From the NCBI RefSeq assembly GCF_001194135.2, contig NC_068986.1, forward strand, positions 82,431,553-82,479,151: DNA of 47,599 nucleotides. The letters are read 5' to 3'. This DNA is from Octopus bimaculoides. Taxonomy: Eukaryota. Both the position numbers and the translations under genes were made by a program. Below, piece after piece: positions 25,396 through 38,164 of the stretch. Every line of letters begins with the position of its first letter. Within the stretch, counting starts at the first letter, position 1. Below the pieces are notes generated by a model. That model was not told where the DNA came from. It saw only the letters and a program-made list of their open reading frames with translations, and did no database searches.

Positions 25396-25726
25396 NNNNN
25401 NNNNNNNNNNNNNNNNNNNNNNNNNNNNNNNNNNNNNNNNNNNNNNNNNNNNNNNNNNNNNNNNNNNNNNNNNNNNNNNNNNNNNNNNNNNNNNNNNNNN
25501 NNNNNNNNNNNNNNNNNNNNNAGTTTTTTTTCCTTTCTTTTCTGCTAAACTGGTAATTCAGAAGAAAATGAAGAAATGAAGCTTCTTGAAAAGTCTTGAA
25601 ATTAATGGTTTATCTTCAAGAAGCAACGTCAACTTGAGTTCATCTTGGAATATAAAATATGAGGACTGGTGGATTACAGTCCCCATGAATACGTGTGTAT
25701 AGGTGCGTTATGTATGTAAGTACATA

Positions 25727-25773
<47 letters not shown>

Positions 25774-26685
25774 CCTGTGTGTGAGTATGTAAGTATGCGT
25801 GTGTGAGCGTACGCATGTGCGTATGCGTGTGTATGTGTGTATTAATGGATTCCAATAAAATAAAGAAAAGCAATTTTACCCTGTCCATATAGGACATTTA
25901 TCACATACTTCTTGCTGAGCCATTTTCATAACTACACCAATTAAGACTGGTTATTAGTAACAATGGCTTGTTTCTATCTTTAATATAATTTTTATTTTAA
26001 TAATGAAATGAGTTTTCTTTTATGTTTTCGTTCTGTTCATTTTTCAGAAATGTTTGCTTTTGATTTATTTTTCACTTCTAAACTATTTTATAGAACACAA
26101 AGAAATTGTTTTAATTATTTTATTAAAGTTGCTACAAAGACAAACAGCTGCGATAATTAAGCTCTGTTGGACATGGGGTGAAATTGGTTGACATTCGATG
26201 TAGGATATAAACCACTTTTTTTCTATCTAAACGCATTTACCATAGTTAGTGGTCGGAACTGTAGTCAAATCGTGAACGTAGTCAGGTATGAACTGTAAAG
26301 GCTATGCAATGGCCTTTAGCAATACGTTTTGCAATAGCCTTTACAATAGTTTCGCCCTGTACAGATGTTAGGTCTGTAGTGGGAAAACGACTGTACTGTA
26401 ATTAAGCTTGTACTATAGTTGTGTTTGTACTGTTGTCAGATGTGTAATGTATTTAAAGTTTTATTGTAATTTAAGTCTATTATAGATAATTAATTAACAG
26501 AGTAGTAACTCTACATAGATCTATATTATAATTAAATCTATAGTGTAGTTAGAGCTGTACAGTAGTTGTATTAATGCAGTTAAGTATTTATTGTAGTTAA
26601 GTATTTCCTGTAATTAGGTTTACTCTTTAACAATATTGCACTTATCTCCTTTCCTCTTTTCTTTATCTCTCCTCGGACCTTCTTT

Positions 26686-26724
26686 GAGTATTTGATGAAG
26701 GACTATCTACGAAACGTTATGCTT
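26686..26724 (+). ncRNA. Decayed minimal hammerhead motif (third PLE-type family)
   Basis: gagtat-TTGATGA-a-gga-ctatc-tac-GAAAC-GTT-atgctt: 6-bp stem I, AACGTT palindrome, core C3>T, mismatch in stem II. Confidence 0.5.
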
Positions 26725-27574
26725 TTACTCTGTGACTTTCACTCTTTAACTTCTTTTTACATTTTTTGAGCGTCAACCTAATACTATTAACTGCTAATAT
26801 CCCTTGGACTTTTATTATATATATGTTTGTATGTGTGTGCGCGCGTGTACATATGTGTGTGTGTGTATGTGCGTGTGTGTGCGTGTGTATGTGTGTGTAT
26901 GTGTGTGTATGTGTGCGAGTGTGAGTTGTAATTTTAAATTTAGGTATACACCTTGTAGTATGCCGTTTAAAGTCCTTTTACTGTATTCATGGACAGTATG
27001 GATTTAAATGCCACTCTACGGACAGGAAGGAATTCTTGTCTGTAGAGTTTATACCATATGGAATTAACGAGATTCTTTATAAAACTACGATCGCTTGGAC
27101 CCATCTTGCATCAGTCCCTCGCGGGTGAGATACTGTACAAATAGTTTTTGTGTATCATTCGGTGCAGATGTGTCTTGTCAGGTGATTTGTTAAAAGGCAA
27201 CTTGATTTTTAATTTCCGTTTCGCTTATTTCGATTAGATTACATTTTAGTAGTTGTCTGTAGCTACTCACATACACAAGTACCTTGAATTAAAACTCAAG
27301 TTTAAAACTGATTTTAACTCAAGATTCTTGTATATGTAAGTAGCTACAGACAACTATCAAAATATAATCTGATCGAAACAAGCGACACGGAAATTAAAAA
27401 CTGAGAAGCCTTTTGACATGTCACCTGGCGAGACATGTCTGCACCAAGTGATGCACCACATCCATTTGTATAGCATCTCATCCGCGATGAACTGATGCAC
27501 AATGGATCGAAACGAGCGTAGTGATTAATAAAGTATCTCGTGAATTCCATTTTCTTTCTCTTCCTCTCATATGT

Positions 27575-28116
27575 ATGTATGTATGTATGTATGTATGTCA
27601 TTATTCGAAGTCTACAGTATTATATGTTCATTAAGGCCGGTCTTACCAGTCGGTATACATATGTATATATGTCATTATTCAGTTTTATTTCAAGATTTCT
27701 TTCCAATAGAGAAAGAGCCGATTTCTAACCTAGATCCAAGACTCCTTATTGGAATTTCAACAAAATCAACAGGGTATTTTTGTATGTATGTATGTATGAT
27801 TGTATGTATGTATGTATGTATATATGTATGTATGTATTATGTATGTATGTATACGTGCTGATTTGTATGCTTTATTTTTTATATGTCTCTTCATGCATAT
27901 ACTTGCATATCTAGACATGCTCATATATGCTAAAATGATAAATTTCTGGAAAGTTTTACAGCTTTTTACAGTTCCAGTGATGGCTTGGATCTGTAGTCTT
28001 CGAATCAGCTTTCTCTTTTCTCGTTTTGAGAGGCCTAATTTCTGAAGATTGATTAGGCAGTATGTTACGTATTCCAGGACCCCAATGATAACAGGTGTGA
28101 ACCTGAACGTATGCAT
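27575..28116 (-). mobile_element. 3' end of an RLE-type retrotransposon with (TACA)n-containing UTR and tail
   Basis: FTPVIIGVLEYV...LQKLGLSK...LIRRLQIQAITGTVKSCKTF (R4-like C-terminus); the UTR matches 42278-42560 in inverse orientation and ends aataatgac plus (atac)n. Confidence 0.8.
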
Positions 28117-28349
28117 GTATTTATATTTAAGGACATTCAGTATGATTGTACTGCATAAATGCAGACTATAGTTGTGTCTATACAGTGTTTGTGTGCGTAC
28201 AGAAGGTAAGCTTGTGCTTTGTTATAAAAAATAATATTAAGATTAAAACTACAAATACTTTCATGTTATGATCAAAACACCATTTATTTACTTTCTCTTT
28301 CCTACTCCCTTTTAAATCTCATTGTAGGTTACTATATAAACGTATGATG

Positions 28350-29510
28350 ATGGTAATCCCTCGTAGTCCGAGAAAGATTGTTTCACAATTTCTTGCTGCA
28401 CAACCTGCAGAAATTATTTGTTTATGGTGATCAAATGTATGTGCTACGCAGATGCTCACTCCCTGCATCAGATGTAAATGTTTAGCAGATCAGCTCTAGA
28501 GAAGACCACCGTGTCTAGAACATAGTCTAGCCAGGTGCTTTTCAACAGCTTTCTCAAGCACCTGATGTGGAAGCGGTTTAGCTGTTTGGCGTAACGTTCG
28601 TGTAACCGTCGAAGTCACGCATGCTTACAGTAATATAGGCAGTATAATTGCTTGGTACACCTTCAACTTGATGTCCAGTCTAATGCCCTTCCTTTTCTAT
28701 TCTTATTCAAGTAGCCACCCGAATGCTAAGCTTCTCGTTGCGATGCGTGTGTCGGCTTTGACATCAATGTTCACAGATATGGAGAGTGTGCTGCTGAAGT
28801 AATTATATTTATCAACGACCTTCAGGGTTTTCTCCTTCGACAGTGATAGCTGGTTCCACATACTGCCTTTGCGAGGCAGGTTGGTGCATGACATCTGTCT
28901 TCTGAGTACTGATTGTAACGACAAAGATGTTTCAAGCAGTAGAAAAACAATTCATGCTCTGTTGCATCTGAGCCTCTGCGAAAAGGAAGTCACGCAATGA
29001 GTCCTCTTTCACCTCGATCTTTGCTTGTAGTCTCTGCAGGTTAAAGATTCTGCAACAGTCCTGAATCTGATGTTGACGCTAGCTGAGAACATCATTCTAG
29101 ACAGCGTAGGTGCGAGTACACAGCCCTTCTTGACCCCGTTAGTAATTGAGAATGAACGGAAGAATCTCCACTGTCCGGTACCCAAGCGAGTATACTGCCG
29201 TAAAGCTGACGCACCATGCTGGTCAATTTGTCTGGGCAATCGAATTTTCTCATGATTTCCATACCCCACTCATGACTGACGGTTTCAAAGGCCTTTGCTA
29301 AGTATATAAACGTCGTGTATAGATCCCTGTTTTGTTCCTGACAATCCTCCCGGAGTTGGCGTGCTGCAAAGATCATATCGACTTTCCCACGGCCCTCTCT
29401 GAAGTTGCATTGACTCTCTGATTGATGCCCGTATCCAACTGATGAGTGAAGCGGTTAAGAAAAGCTCTAGTGAGTCTCTTGCCAGCGATGGCAAGACCAA
29501 CTCCACTTGA
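28350..29510 (-). pseudogene. Decayed RTE-clade LINE (RT domain and 3' region)
   Basis: ESQCNFREGRGKVDMIFAARQL..CQEQNRDLYTTF..LAKAFETV, TNGVKKGCVLAPTL, LRDFLFA, KLKVYQAIILP, FHIRCLRKLL; (CAT)n-like tail near 28345-28355. Confidence 0.9.
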
Positions 29511-30903
29511 GAAGGTGGGAAAAACCTTAAGAATTAAGAATTAAGAATTTCCAAAAATTGACATGGTATTAAGGAAAAGGACACGCTTATTGTCTGCAGA
29601 TAAGAGGACAGTTGTGGACACGTGTTTCTGAACCGTTATCAGCATGACAGTTGCCCGACCTTATTTCTAGTAGCCAAGGGGCTTAGACTTATACAAACAA
29701 AAAAGCAGAACATAGTCAAAGCCAACGTAATTTACATAATTTAAATAAAAATGTCCAGGGTGCCTAGGATCAGAATTCTTGAAGCTTGAAATCGTCTGCC
29801 CTTCTCGAATGGAACAGATCTTAATTACGATTTGGTAATTAGGTTACATCCACTAAAAGCGGAGATAATTTTAATAAAACAACAATTTATGTTGTACGAT
29901 ATTTGATATACCTGTATACTCTTTAGTTAAATATCAATATCAAGATTCTACCAGGATATAAGATAAATTCTCTTCATAACAATTTGAATATGAGGTAAAG
30001 GAAACTCAGTGAGATATGATCTCTGTGAGAGTTGGTGAGATATTTGTAATAACAAATGTAAAGGTCTTAGCTTAAAAGAAACCGAATAATTGGGAAACAG
30101 TCAGAAATATTGATGTAAGTTTGGTCTTATATCATCTTGTGTAAATTTTTCTTTCAGTTTAGTGTTATTTTTGTTGATGTTTTCACAAGAATTCTAGCTG
30201 CAGGTGACATTCTATTGATTCAATCAACACTTTAGTTTGTTCTCTGTCGGTAGGTAGAGTAATGAAGATGGCAGAGATGTTGCGGTTAAAAGAGGGGGTG
30301 AGACTAAGAGGGGGGATTTCAAGTGAGGGAAGATAGAGAAGACGAAAGAATCGAGAGAAAAACGACAGTTCGCTGAGAGTTCATTTGGTTCATGTATAAA
30401 TAATAAATCTACTAAATTCATACAGGAATACATACACACACACATGCACACACACGCACGCACACACACATACACACACATATATGCGTGTGTCTGTTTA
30501 TATATGTGTATGTATGTATGTATGTATGTATATATGCGTTTATGTGTACGTATGTTTATGTGTCTGATGCTGGCAAGATAAAAAGTGTGAGAGGCAGATA
30601 CATGATTAAACAAACGTACACACACAGACATGTACACGAATTTATATATACATACATATACATATAGATAGATAGATAGATAGATAGATATGTATATATA
30701 TATATATACATATATATATATGTACTTATATGTACATATATATACATACATACATATATATNNNNNNNNNNNNNNNNNNNNNNNNNNNNNNNNNNNNNNN
30801 NNNNNNNNNNNNNNNNNNNNNNNNNNNNNNNNNNNNNNNNNNNNNNNNNNNNNNNNNNNNNNNNNNNNNNNNNNNNNNNNNNNNNNNNNNNNNNNNNNNN
30901 NNN

Positions 30904-30968
<65 letters not shown>

Positions 30969-31598
30969 GCAGTATAAGCACAAAAACGTAGTTGTATCTA
31001 CCTTACAAGGAATTATATTCATATGCAAGATTATGTGTATGTAACTAAATCTCTATTAATACAAAGACTCATTTAATTAACGTATATGTGGCTGAGTATT
31101 CTGTCGACGGGGATTTCATTAATGTAAATCACTAGTGGAGTCGACATGATACAGCATGTGATAGGCTTGTGCCAGGCTTGAATGACTTGTTTAATCCGTC
31201 CAACAGGTTTTCGCCCAATTTCCGTCTACACAAGTTGTCTCACAAGGCTTGAACCGAAGAGAGGTTATGTTAAAATCACTTGCACAAGATGCGACGCAGT
31301 AATGCTCTAAAGCGGTGACACCGAACCTGAGAATTAATTTCCTATTCAGCAATATTGTGTCCTCACACAATTACATACGCACACAAACACAGACGCGCAA
31401 ACCCACACGCACAAACATACATATAGACGCGGGCGCGCACGCACGCACACGAACGCACAAAACAGACCACACATGGACATATGTGTATGTGTGTGTCTAT
31501 GTGTGTGCGTTTGCTAAATTTTGCATTTACAAAGAAAAAGTTCTCAATATACATAGAGTGTACATATTTTGTCACGGACTCAATATTCTTGAATCGTT

Positions 31599-32030
31599 GA
31601 AGGCGGCGAGTTGGCAGAAACGTTAGGACGCCGGACGAAATGCTTAGAGGTATTTCGTCTGTCATCACGTTCTGAGTTCAAATTCCGCCGAGGTCGACTT
31701 TGCCTTTCATCCTTTCGGGATCGATAAATTAAGTACCAGCTACGCACTGGGGTCGATGTAATCAACTTAATCCCTTTGTCTGTCTTTGTTTGTCCTCTCT
31801 ATGTTTAGCCCCTTGTGGGCAATAAAGAAATAAGAATCGTTAGCACACCGGGTGAAATACTTAGCGGTATTTCGTCTGCCGCTACGTTCTGAGTTCAAAT
31901 TCCGCCGAGGTCGACTTTGCCTTTCAGCCTTTCGGGGTCGATAAGTTAAGTACCAGTTGCGTACTAGGGTTGATCTAGTCGACTGGCCCCCTCCCCAAAA
32001 ATTTTGGGCCTTGTGCCTAGAGTAGAAAAG
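31599..32030 (+). mobile_element. Dimeric chimeric SINE family A (tail A + tail B) with a perfect 17-bp TSD
   Basis: aatattcttgaatcgtt at both 31582-31598 and 32031-32047; the second unit starts at gaatcgtt (31834). Confidence 0.93.
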
Positions 32031-32164
32031 AATATTCTTGAATCGTTCCACTGAGTTTCACGTTACCGTTTATTCAAAAGATCCACGTATGTATGTATGT
32101 ATGTATGTATGTATGTGTGTGTGTGTGCGCGCGCGCGTGTATCTCTGTGCGTGCGTTTTTGTGT

Positions 32165-32330
32165 CACCATCACAGCTTGACAATAGGTGTTGGTGTATTT
32201 ACGTCCCTGTAACTTAGCGGTTCGGGCAAGAGAACGATAGAATAAGTACTGAGCGTAAAAAAGGATAATAAGTCGAATTGTTCGACAAAAACACTTCAAG
32301 AGAGTACTCCAGCTTTGAATCAAAGAAAAG
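32165..32330 (+). mobile_element. SINE family C 3' half, preceded by (TATG)n(TG)n
   Basis: cttgacaataggtgttggtg..tttacgtccctgtaacttagcggttcgg...gatagaataagtact. Confidence 0.7.
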
Positions 32331-32479
32331 AACAAAAAACTTATACAAATCTAATTTATACACATATATATATATTATGTAATATTTTTCATTTAATTTT
32401 TTCTTTTACTGGTTTGAACCAAATGTTGGGGCCATACTGAAGCAACCATACGCATTTCAGTGTGTATGGATCTCCTTTT

Positions 32480-32630
32480 TGTACAGTTTGGGGTGAAAAA
32501 TCTAGTTGAACAGAGCCGTTCTTCTTTGTGCCTCCTGCCACGATTTGGTTTCAGCTGGGATTTCGGATAAAAATTTTGTCCAGGTGCTCTTTGAAGATAT
32601 CCACATCTACGCCTCCCAAATCTCTGAGGT
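32480..32630 (-). mobile_element. Probable CR1-like LINE 3' coding remnant
   Basis: Minus strand LRDLGGVDVDIFKEHLDK, typical of CR1/L2-type C-termini (from recall). Confidence 0.5.
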
Positions 32631-33612
32631 TGTATGTATGTATGTATGTATGTATGTAGTCAATCCAAACATGAACAAGCAAGAAAAAACAACAACGTGA
32701 GGACATGGAATAAGTACAGTGTAATTGGACACTGTGTGTGTGCGTGAGTGTGTGTGTGTGTGNNNNNNNNNNNNNNNNNNNNNNNNNNNNNNNNNNNNNN
32801 NNNNNNNNNNNNNNNNNNNNNNNNNNNNNNNNNNNNNNNNNNNNNNNNNNNNNNNNNNNNNNNNNNNNNNNNNNNNNNNNNNNNNNNNNNNNNNNNNNNN
32901 NNNNNNNNNNNNNNNNNNNNNNNNNNNNNNNNNNNNNNNNNNNNNNNNNNNNNNNNNNNNNNNNNNNNNNNNNNNNNNNNNNNNNNNNNNNNNNNNNNNN
33001 NNNNNNNNNNNNNNNNNNNNNNNNNNNNNNNNNNNNNNNNNNNNNNNNNNNNNNNNNNNNNNNNNNNNNNNNNNNNNNNNNNNNNNNNNNNNNNNNNNNN
33101 NNNNNNNNNNNNNNNNNNNNNNNNNNNNNNNNNNNNNNNNNNNNNNNNNNNNNNNNNNNNNNNNNNNNNNNNNNNNNNNNNNNNNNNNNNNNNNNNNNNN
33201 NNNNNNNNNNNNNNNNNNNNNNNNNNNNNNNNNNNNNNNNNNNNNNNNNNNNNNNNNNNNNNNNNNNNNNNNNNNNNNNNNNNNNNNNNNNNNNNNNNNN
33301 NNNNNNNNNNNNNNNNNNNNNNNNNNNNNNNNNNNNNNNNNNNNNNNNNNNNNNNNNNNNNNNNNNNNNNNNNNNNNNNNNNNNNNNNNNNNNNNNNNNN
33401 NNNNNNNNNNNNNNNNNNNNNNNNNNNNNNNNNNNNNNNNNNNNNNNNNNNNNNNNNNNNNNNNNNNNNNNNNNNNNNNNNNNNNNNNNNNNNNNNNNNN
33501 NNNNNNNNNNNNNNNNNNNNNNNNNNNNNNNNNNNNNNNNNNNNNNNNNNNNNNNNNNNNNNNNNNNNNNNNNNNNNNNNNNNNNNNNNNNNNNNNNNNN
33601 NNNNNNNNNNNN

Positions 33613-33699
<87 letters not shown>

Positions 33700-33825
33700 T
33701 GTGTGTGTATATGTATACATATATGTATATGTGTATATATGTACATATATTTATATATAAATATATATATACATGTATATATATGTATGCATGTATGTAT
33801 TGTTGTCACTTAACTTTATCATAGA

Positions 33826-33867
<42 letters not shown>

Positions 33868-34164
33868 TCCCATTGACTATTGATCTTCTTATATACCTAA
33901 ATATTTGTGATGATATAGACATAACTATATATTTATATACGGATAGATATATAGATATATAGATAAATACATACATAAACATATATTCTCATTAATATAT
34001 TTTCACATAAATGTATATATAGAAAGAGGGATAGACAAGAGTTCATATATAATACATATTTTTGCACACATCCACACACACCCACACACACCCAAACACG
34101 CCCAGACACATCCACAAACACACACACCCCCGCGCGCGCATATATACTTACATATATAAACATT

Positions 34165-34230
<66 letters not shown>

Positions 34231-34529
34231 TACGCGTACATTCATACGTACATAACTACGTATATATGCAATATGTGTGTATGCGTACGGGTTGTGTCTG
34301 GTGTATGTGTGTGTGCGTGTTAATAAATTATTAATAAAACTATCTTATTTCGACAAATATATTTGAAGTGTTTTCCATTCTGGAAATGGAATAGAGATTA
34401 TAAATCTCATTTCTATTTCTTGTGTGTCTTATTGTAATAAATACATACATACGTACATACATACAAGCACACGCACACACACACACACACACACGCACAT
34501 ACACAAACATGCACACACACATACACACA

Positions 34530-34575
<46 letters not shown>

Positions 34576-36271
34576 AATACACACACACGCGCACACATAC
34601 ACACATATTATGTATGGACTTCAACACCATTTACGCATTTACTAAGTCCTCCAGTCAGCTTCTCTTCTTTGGCTATAAATCTCCATTTCGCCTTTTTCTA
34701 TGTCTTCTATTTCTCTAATAATTGTGTTTGGTTTCTAAGCCTTTCTTCCGATATAAATAAATATAGAGATTTTACATCAGCTTTGCACTAGTGTATATTT
34801 CTGAGTTTTATTCAGAGTGAAATGTAACATTCATTGGAAGCTTCGTCAGGAATAGTTGGCAATATTAAAACTCGTCTTTTACGGCGGATAATATCAAACG
34901 ATATTCAGATATTAATCTTACTTTCTGCAGAAACTGTTTTTCAATTACTTTTTCTATATATTCATATTGAATCGCACTTGCTTAATTCCTGCCAACATAG
35001 CGCTGCATGTGATTTGGTCTACTTATGTCATGGTTGTGTTAACTATTATATTATGAAGTTTTAATTCATAAGTTGCTACGTTTTCTTTTTCTAAAGTTAG
35101 TGTTGCAGATCTTTAAATATTAAAATGAATCATGAAGTGAAGTAATAATTTCACTCATCAAGACTTTCAAATCTTCTGTTGTAAATCGATTACACATACC
35201 AGGTCATATTATTAGTGTATGTGTGTATGTCTATATGTGGGTGTATCTATATGTATGCACTGTCTCTTGCTCATCTTTGTCGGAAAGGAAGCCTCTACAA
35301 AGAGTCTGGGAAATCGGAAATGTATATTAAATTTAATTCATGACCCACTTAACATTTTAAAGCAGAAACCTTTATCAATACAATTAGCGGTGCATTAGCA
35401 GTGTCAATAGACTTCTAAATACTGTAGAATTAGGCGTTGACTGAATATTATATGTGTATTCTAAATACAACATAAGTAGGTACTGGATATATATTTTATA
35501 AAGTTTTCTAAATACAATAGAATTAGTAGTGACTATACATATAGAACGTTCAATACTATAAATAGAATATACCTACATGGAACTATTCATATGGAAAGTT
35601 GGAGGTTTTCAATTCCAGAATATACCTTGGAATGATGAAATGTCAAGATGACTACTGGAGTGTTATTATTGGTATTGATTTCTAACCTAGGTAGAGGATC
35701 TCAAATTTGTTGTAAGGGTATGTATTTCGGAATATTGTTTATGGTCAATTATCTCTACCCCACTACTTATAGTGGTAAATATATTCTTCCTTTGTCGTCA
35801 TTTAAATTGTGTCTTGCAAACACTGTCATTATTTCTCTTGCTTTCCTTACTGTCTTTGCTAATCCCCTTTTCTTCCAGTTCAGAACATTATAAATGAAAC
35901 CGAGTATTAATACATATTGCTTAACTTTTTTAATTTTTCTCAGTTTCAAAGAGTACATAATAGTCCGTCTAAGTGTATGCGCATGAATATTAGTGTGTAT
36001 TCCACAATGTTTACTCAATTAATTCCTGAACATTTTAAAGTCTGTGTGTAGTCAAATTTATTTAACATGATATTGCTGTATTTACTAATTTTATTCTCTT
36101 CAAAGTTGCCTTAGTGCATTTTCCTAAGCACACTTTCATATCAATTTCTCAACTAAATTTGTATTATGCACATAACGGTGTCTCTTGCTGTTTGGTACCT
36201 TTAACATAAGCGGTAAAACTTGCTTTTTGAACATCCCCTACCTTAAAAGTCACAGACCTTCAACTATAGCA

Positions 36272-36337
<66 letters not shown>

Positions 36338-36342
<5 letters not shown>

Positions 36343-36964
36343 CAAGTAACTGTAGAATATGTGGAGATGGACAAGAAACAATAAATCATATTATCTCTGG
36401 CTGCCCAGTCCTGGCTAAGAAGGAATATATTCACAGACACGACAGAGCTGGGACCTATATACAATGGAAGCTATGCCAACACTATGGAATAACAACAGAA
36501 AAAAGATGGTATAAANNNNNNNNNNNNNNNNNNNNNNNNNNNNNNNNNNNNNNNNNNNNNNNNNNNNNNNNNNNNNNNNNNNNNNNNNNNNNNNNNNNNN
36601 NNNNNNNNNNNNNNNNNNNNNNNNNNNNNNNNNNNNNNNNNNNNNNNNNNNNNNNNNNNNNNNNNNNNNNNNNNNNNNNNNNNNNNNNNNNNNNNNNNNN
36701 NNNNNNNNNNNNNNNNNNNNNNNNNNNNNNNNNNNNNNNNNNNNNNAAATATTCAGACAAATACATAACAAAAACACCAGGACTTACAAATATATATAAC
36801 ATACAGAAAATTGCACTACTGGGCACTGCACACATTCTACGCAAAACACTTTCAATACAGTAACCATAAGAGCATCACAGCAAACCACAGCACATACCCA
36901 AGGCACACAGAGCTGCGCTCGGTAGTAAAGTGAAAGCACGTTATAAAAATAAAACTACTGAACC

Positions 36965-36965
<1 letters not shown>
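36338..36965 (+). mobile_element. 5'-truncated R4/Dong-like element between (AAT)n tracts
   Basis: CRICGDGQETINHIISGCPVLAKKEYIHRHDR zinc knuckle, then a gap, then IQKIALLGTAHILRKTLSIQ* and a UTR. Confidence 0.92.
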
Positions 36966-37035
<70 letters not shown>

Positions 37036-37036
37036 T

Positions 37037-37350
37037 AAATGAACAACTATGACGATTTAAAGTGGGAAATACGTAGGTCGGGGTCAATGAAGAGTGTTGA
37101 CGTGGTACCAATGGTAATTGGCGCACTTGGAAGTACCAGCACTCAACTACCAACATGGCTCAGAAAGATTGGTACAAATATAAAGGTAGAACATCTACAA
37201 AATTCAGCATTGCTTGGAACTGCAAGAATTCTTCGCAGGGTTCTTGAAGCATGACCAGTAAACAAGTGTCGCCTTAGTCTGCTGGCTGTGAACAGCTGAC
37301 ACTTCTCATCATACCTAGCAAGATAAGCTGTGAGTTTGCATATAATAATA
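37037..37350 (+). mobile_element. 3' end of a second R4/Dong-like family
   Basis: YDDLKWEIRR..VVPMVIGALGS...LQNSALLGTARILRRVLEA*, a distinct UTR and a short taa tail. Confidence 0.88.
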
Positions 37351-37389
37351 AGAATAATGAAGTTGTATACTGTCAACTTAATGTGACAG

Positions 37390-37749
37390 TCCCAATAAGG
37401 GAATCATAGTGCTGCTATTTAGCCCTAGGAAGCTGGACCACTTCCTGTCGGCCTTGACACATTTCCTGTGTCCTTATATTTACGAGGGGGAGACAAGCAC
37501 CCCACCCAGCCTAGTCTGCATTCAGCGACATTTCTAATTTTTTTTTATCAGTGAATGTGTTTTCACTAGAAATATATATATTTGCGAGAGGTTGACGGAC
37601 ATCTTCAGCCAGCTGGTCTTGCTACTTCAAGCTGATGACGAGCAATGACTCAGAAACATGTCCCTGAATGCAGACTAGGCTGGATGGGGGTGCTTGTCTC
37701 CCCCTCGCAAATATAAGGACACAGGAAATGTGTCAAGGCCGACAGGAAG
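37390..37749. mobile_element. PLE-type pseudo-LTR fragment with about 95-bp near-perfect inverted repeat
   Basis: 37441-37535 is the reverse complement of 37652-37749; a hammerhead overlaps the start of the right arm. Confidence 0.75.
37626..37668 (+). ncRNA. Minimal type I hammerhead ribozyme, C/A-insertion variant
   Basis: ttcaag-CTGATGA-c-gag-caatga-ctc-a-GAAAC-at-GTC-cctgaa. Confidence 0.75.
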
Positions 37750-38100
37750 CCATACCAAATGACATGAATGTTGTGAGTAAAGAGGTTGAAAAAAATCACC
37801 AAGTACTCCGAATTGAAAGTGGAAATAGCAAGACTGTATGGAATGCAAGAGGGTAATGTAAAAGTGATACCAGTGATGATCGGAGCGTTAGGCTCAATCC
37901 AATGGAAATTTCAAGACTTCTTGAGGCAACTGGAAATCCCATGCAAGATTGATGTCATTCAAAAAGGAGGCTTATTGGGCACAGCGCACATCTTAAGGAA
38001 AGTATTATCTGTCTGAGATCCTTGTTGTGATTTGACAGATGGCTAAATACTCCGGTGCATTTTTACCTACACTGTGTTACGAAGGAACAATAACAATAAC

Positions 38101-38163
<63 letters not shown>
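37750..38163 (+). mobile_element. 3' end of a third R4/Dong-like family with (AAT)n tail
   Basis: IPNDMNVVSKEVE/KITKYSELKVEIARL..VIPVMIGALGS...LLGTAHILRKVLSV*, UTR, (AAT)n at 38089-38163. Confidence 0.88.

Positions 38164-38164
<1 letters not shown>

Noticed and set aside
32551-33824. Longest ORFs (290-400 aa), also 19223-20095 and 44238-45101
   Set aside because: They consist almost entirely of N gaps and flanking dinucleotide repeats.
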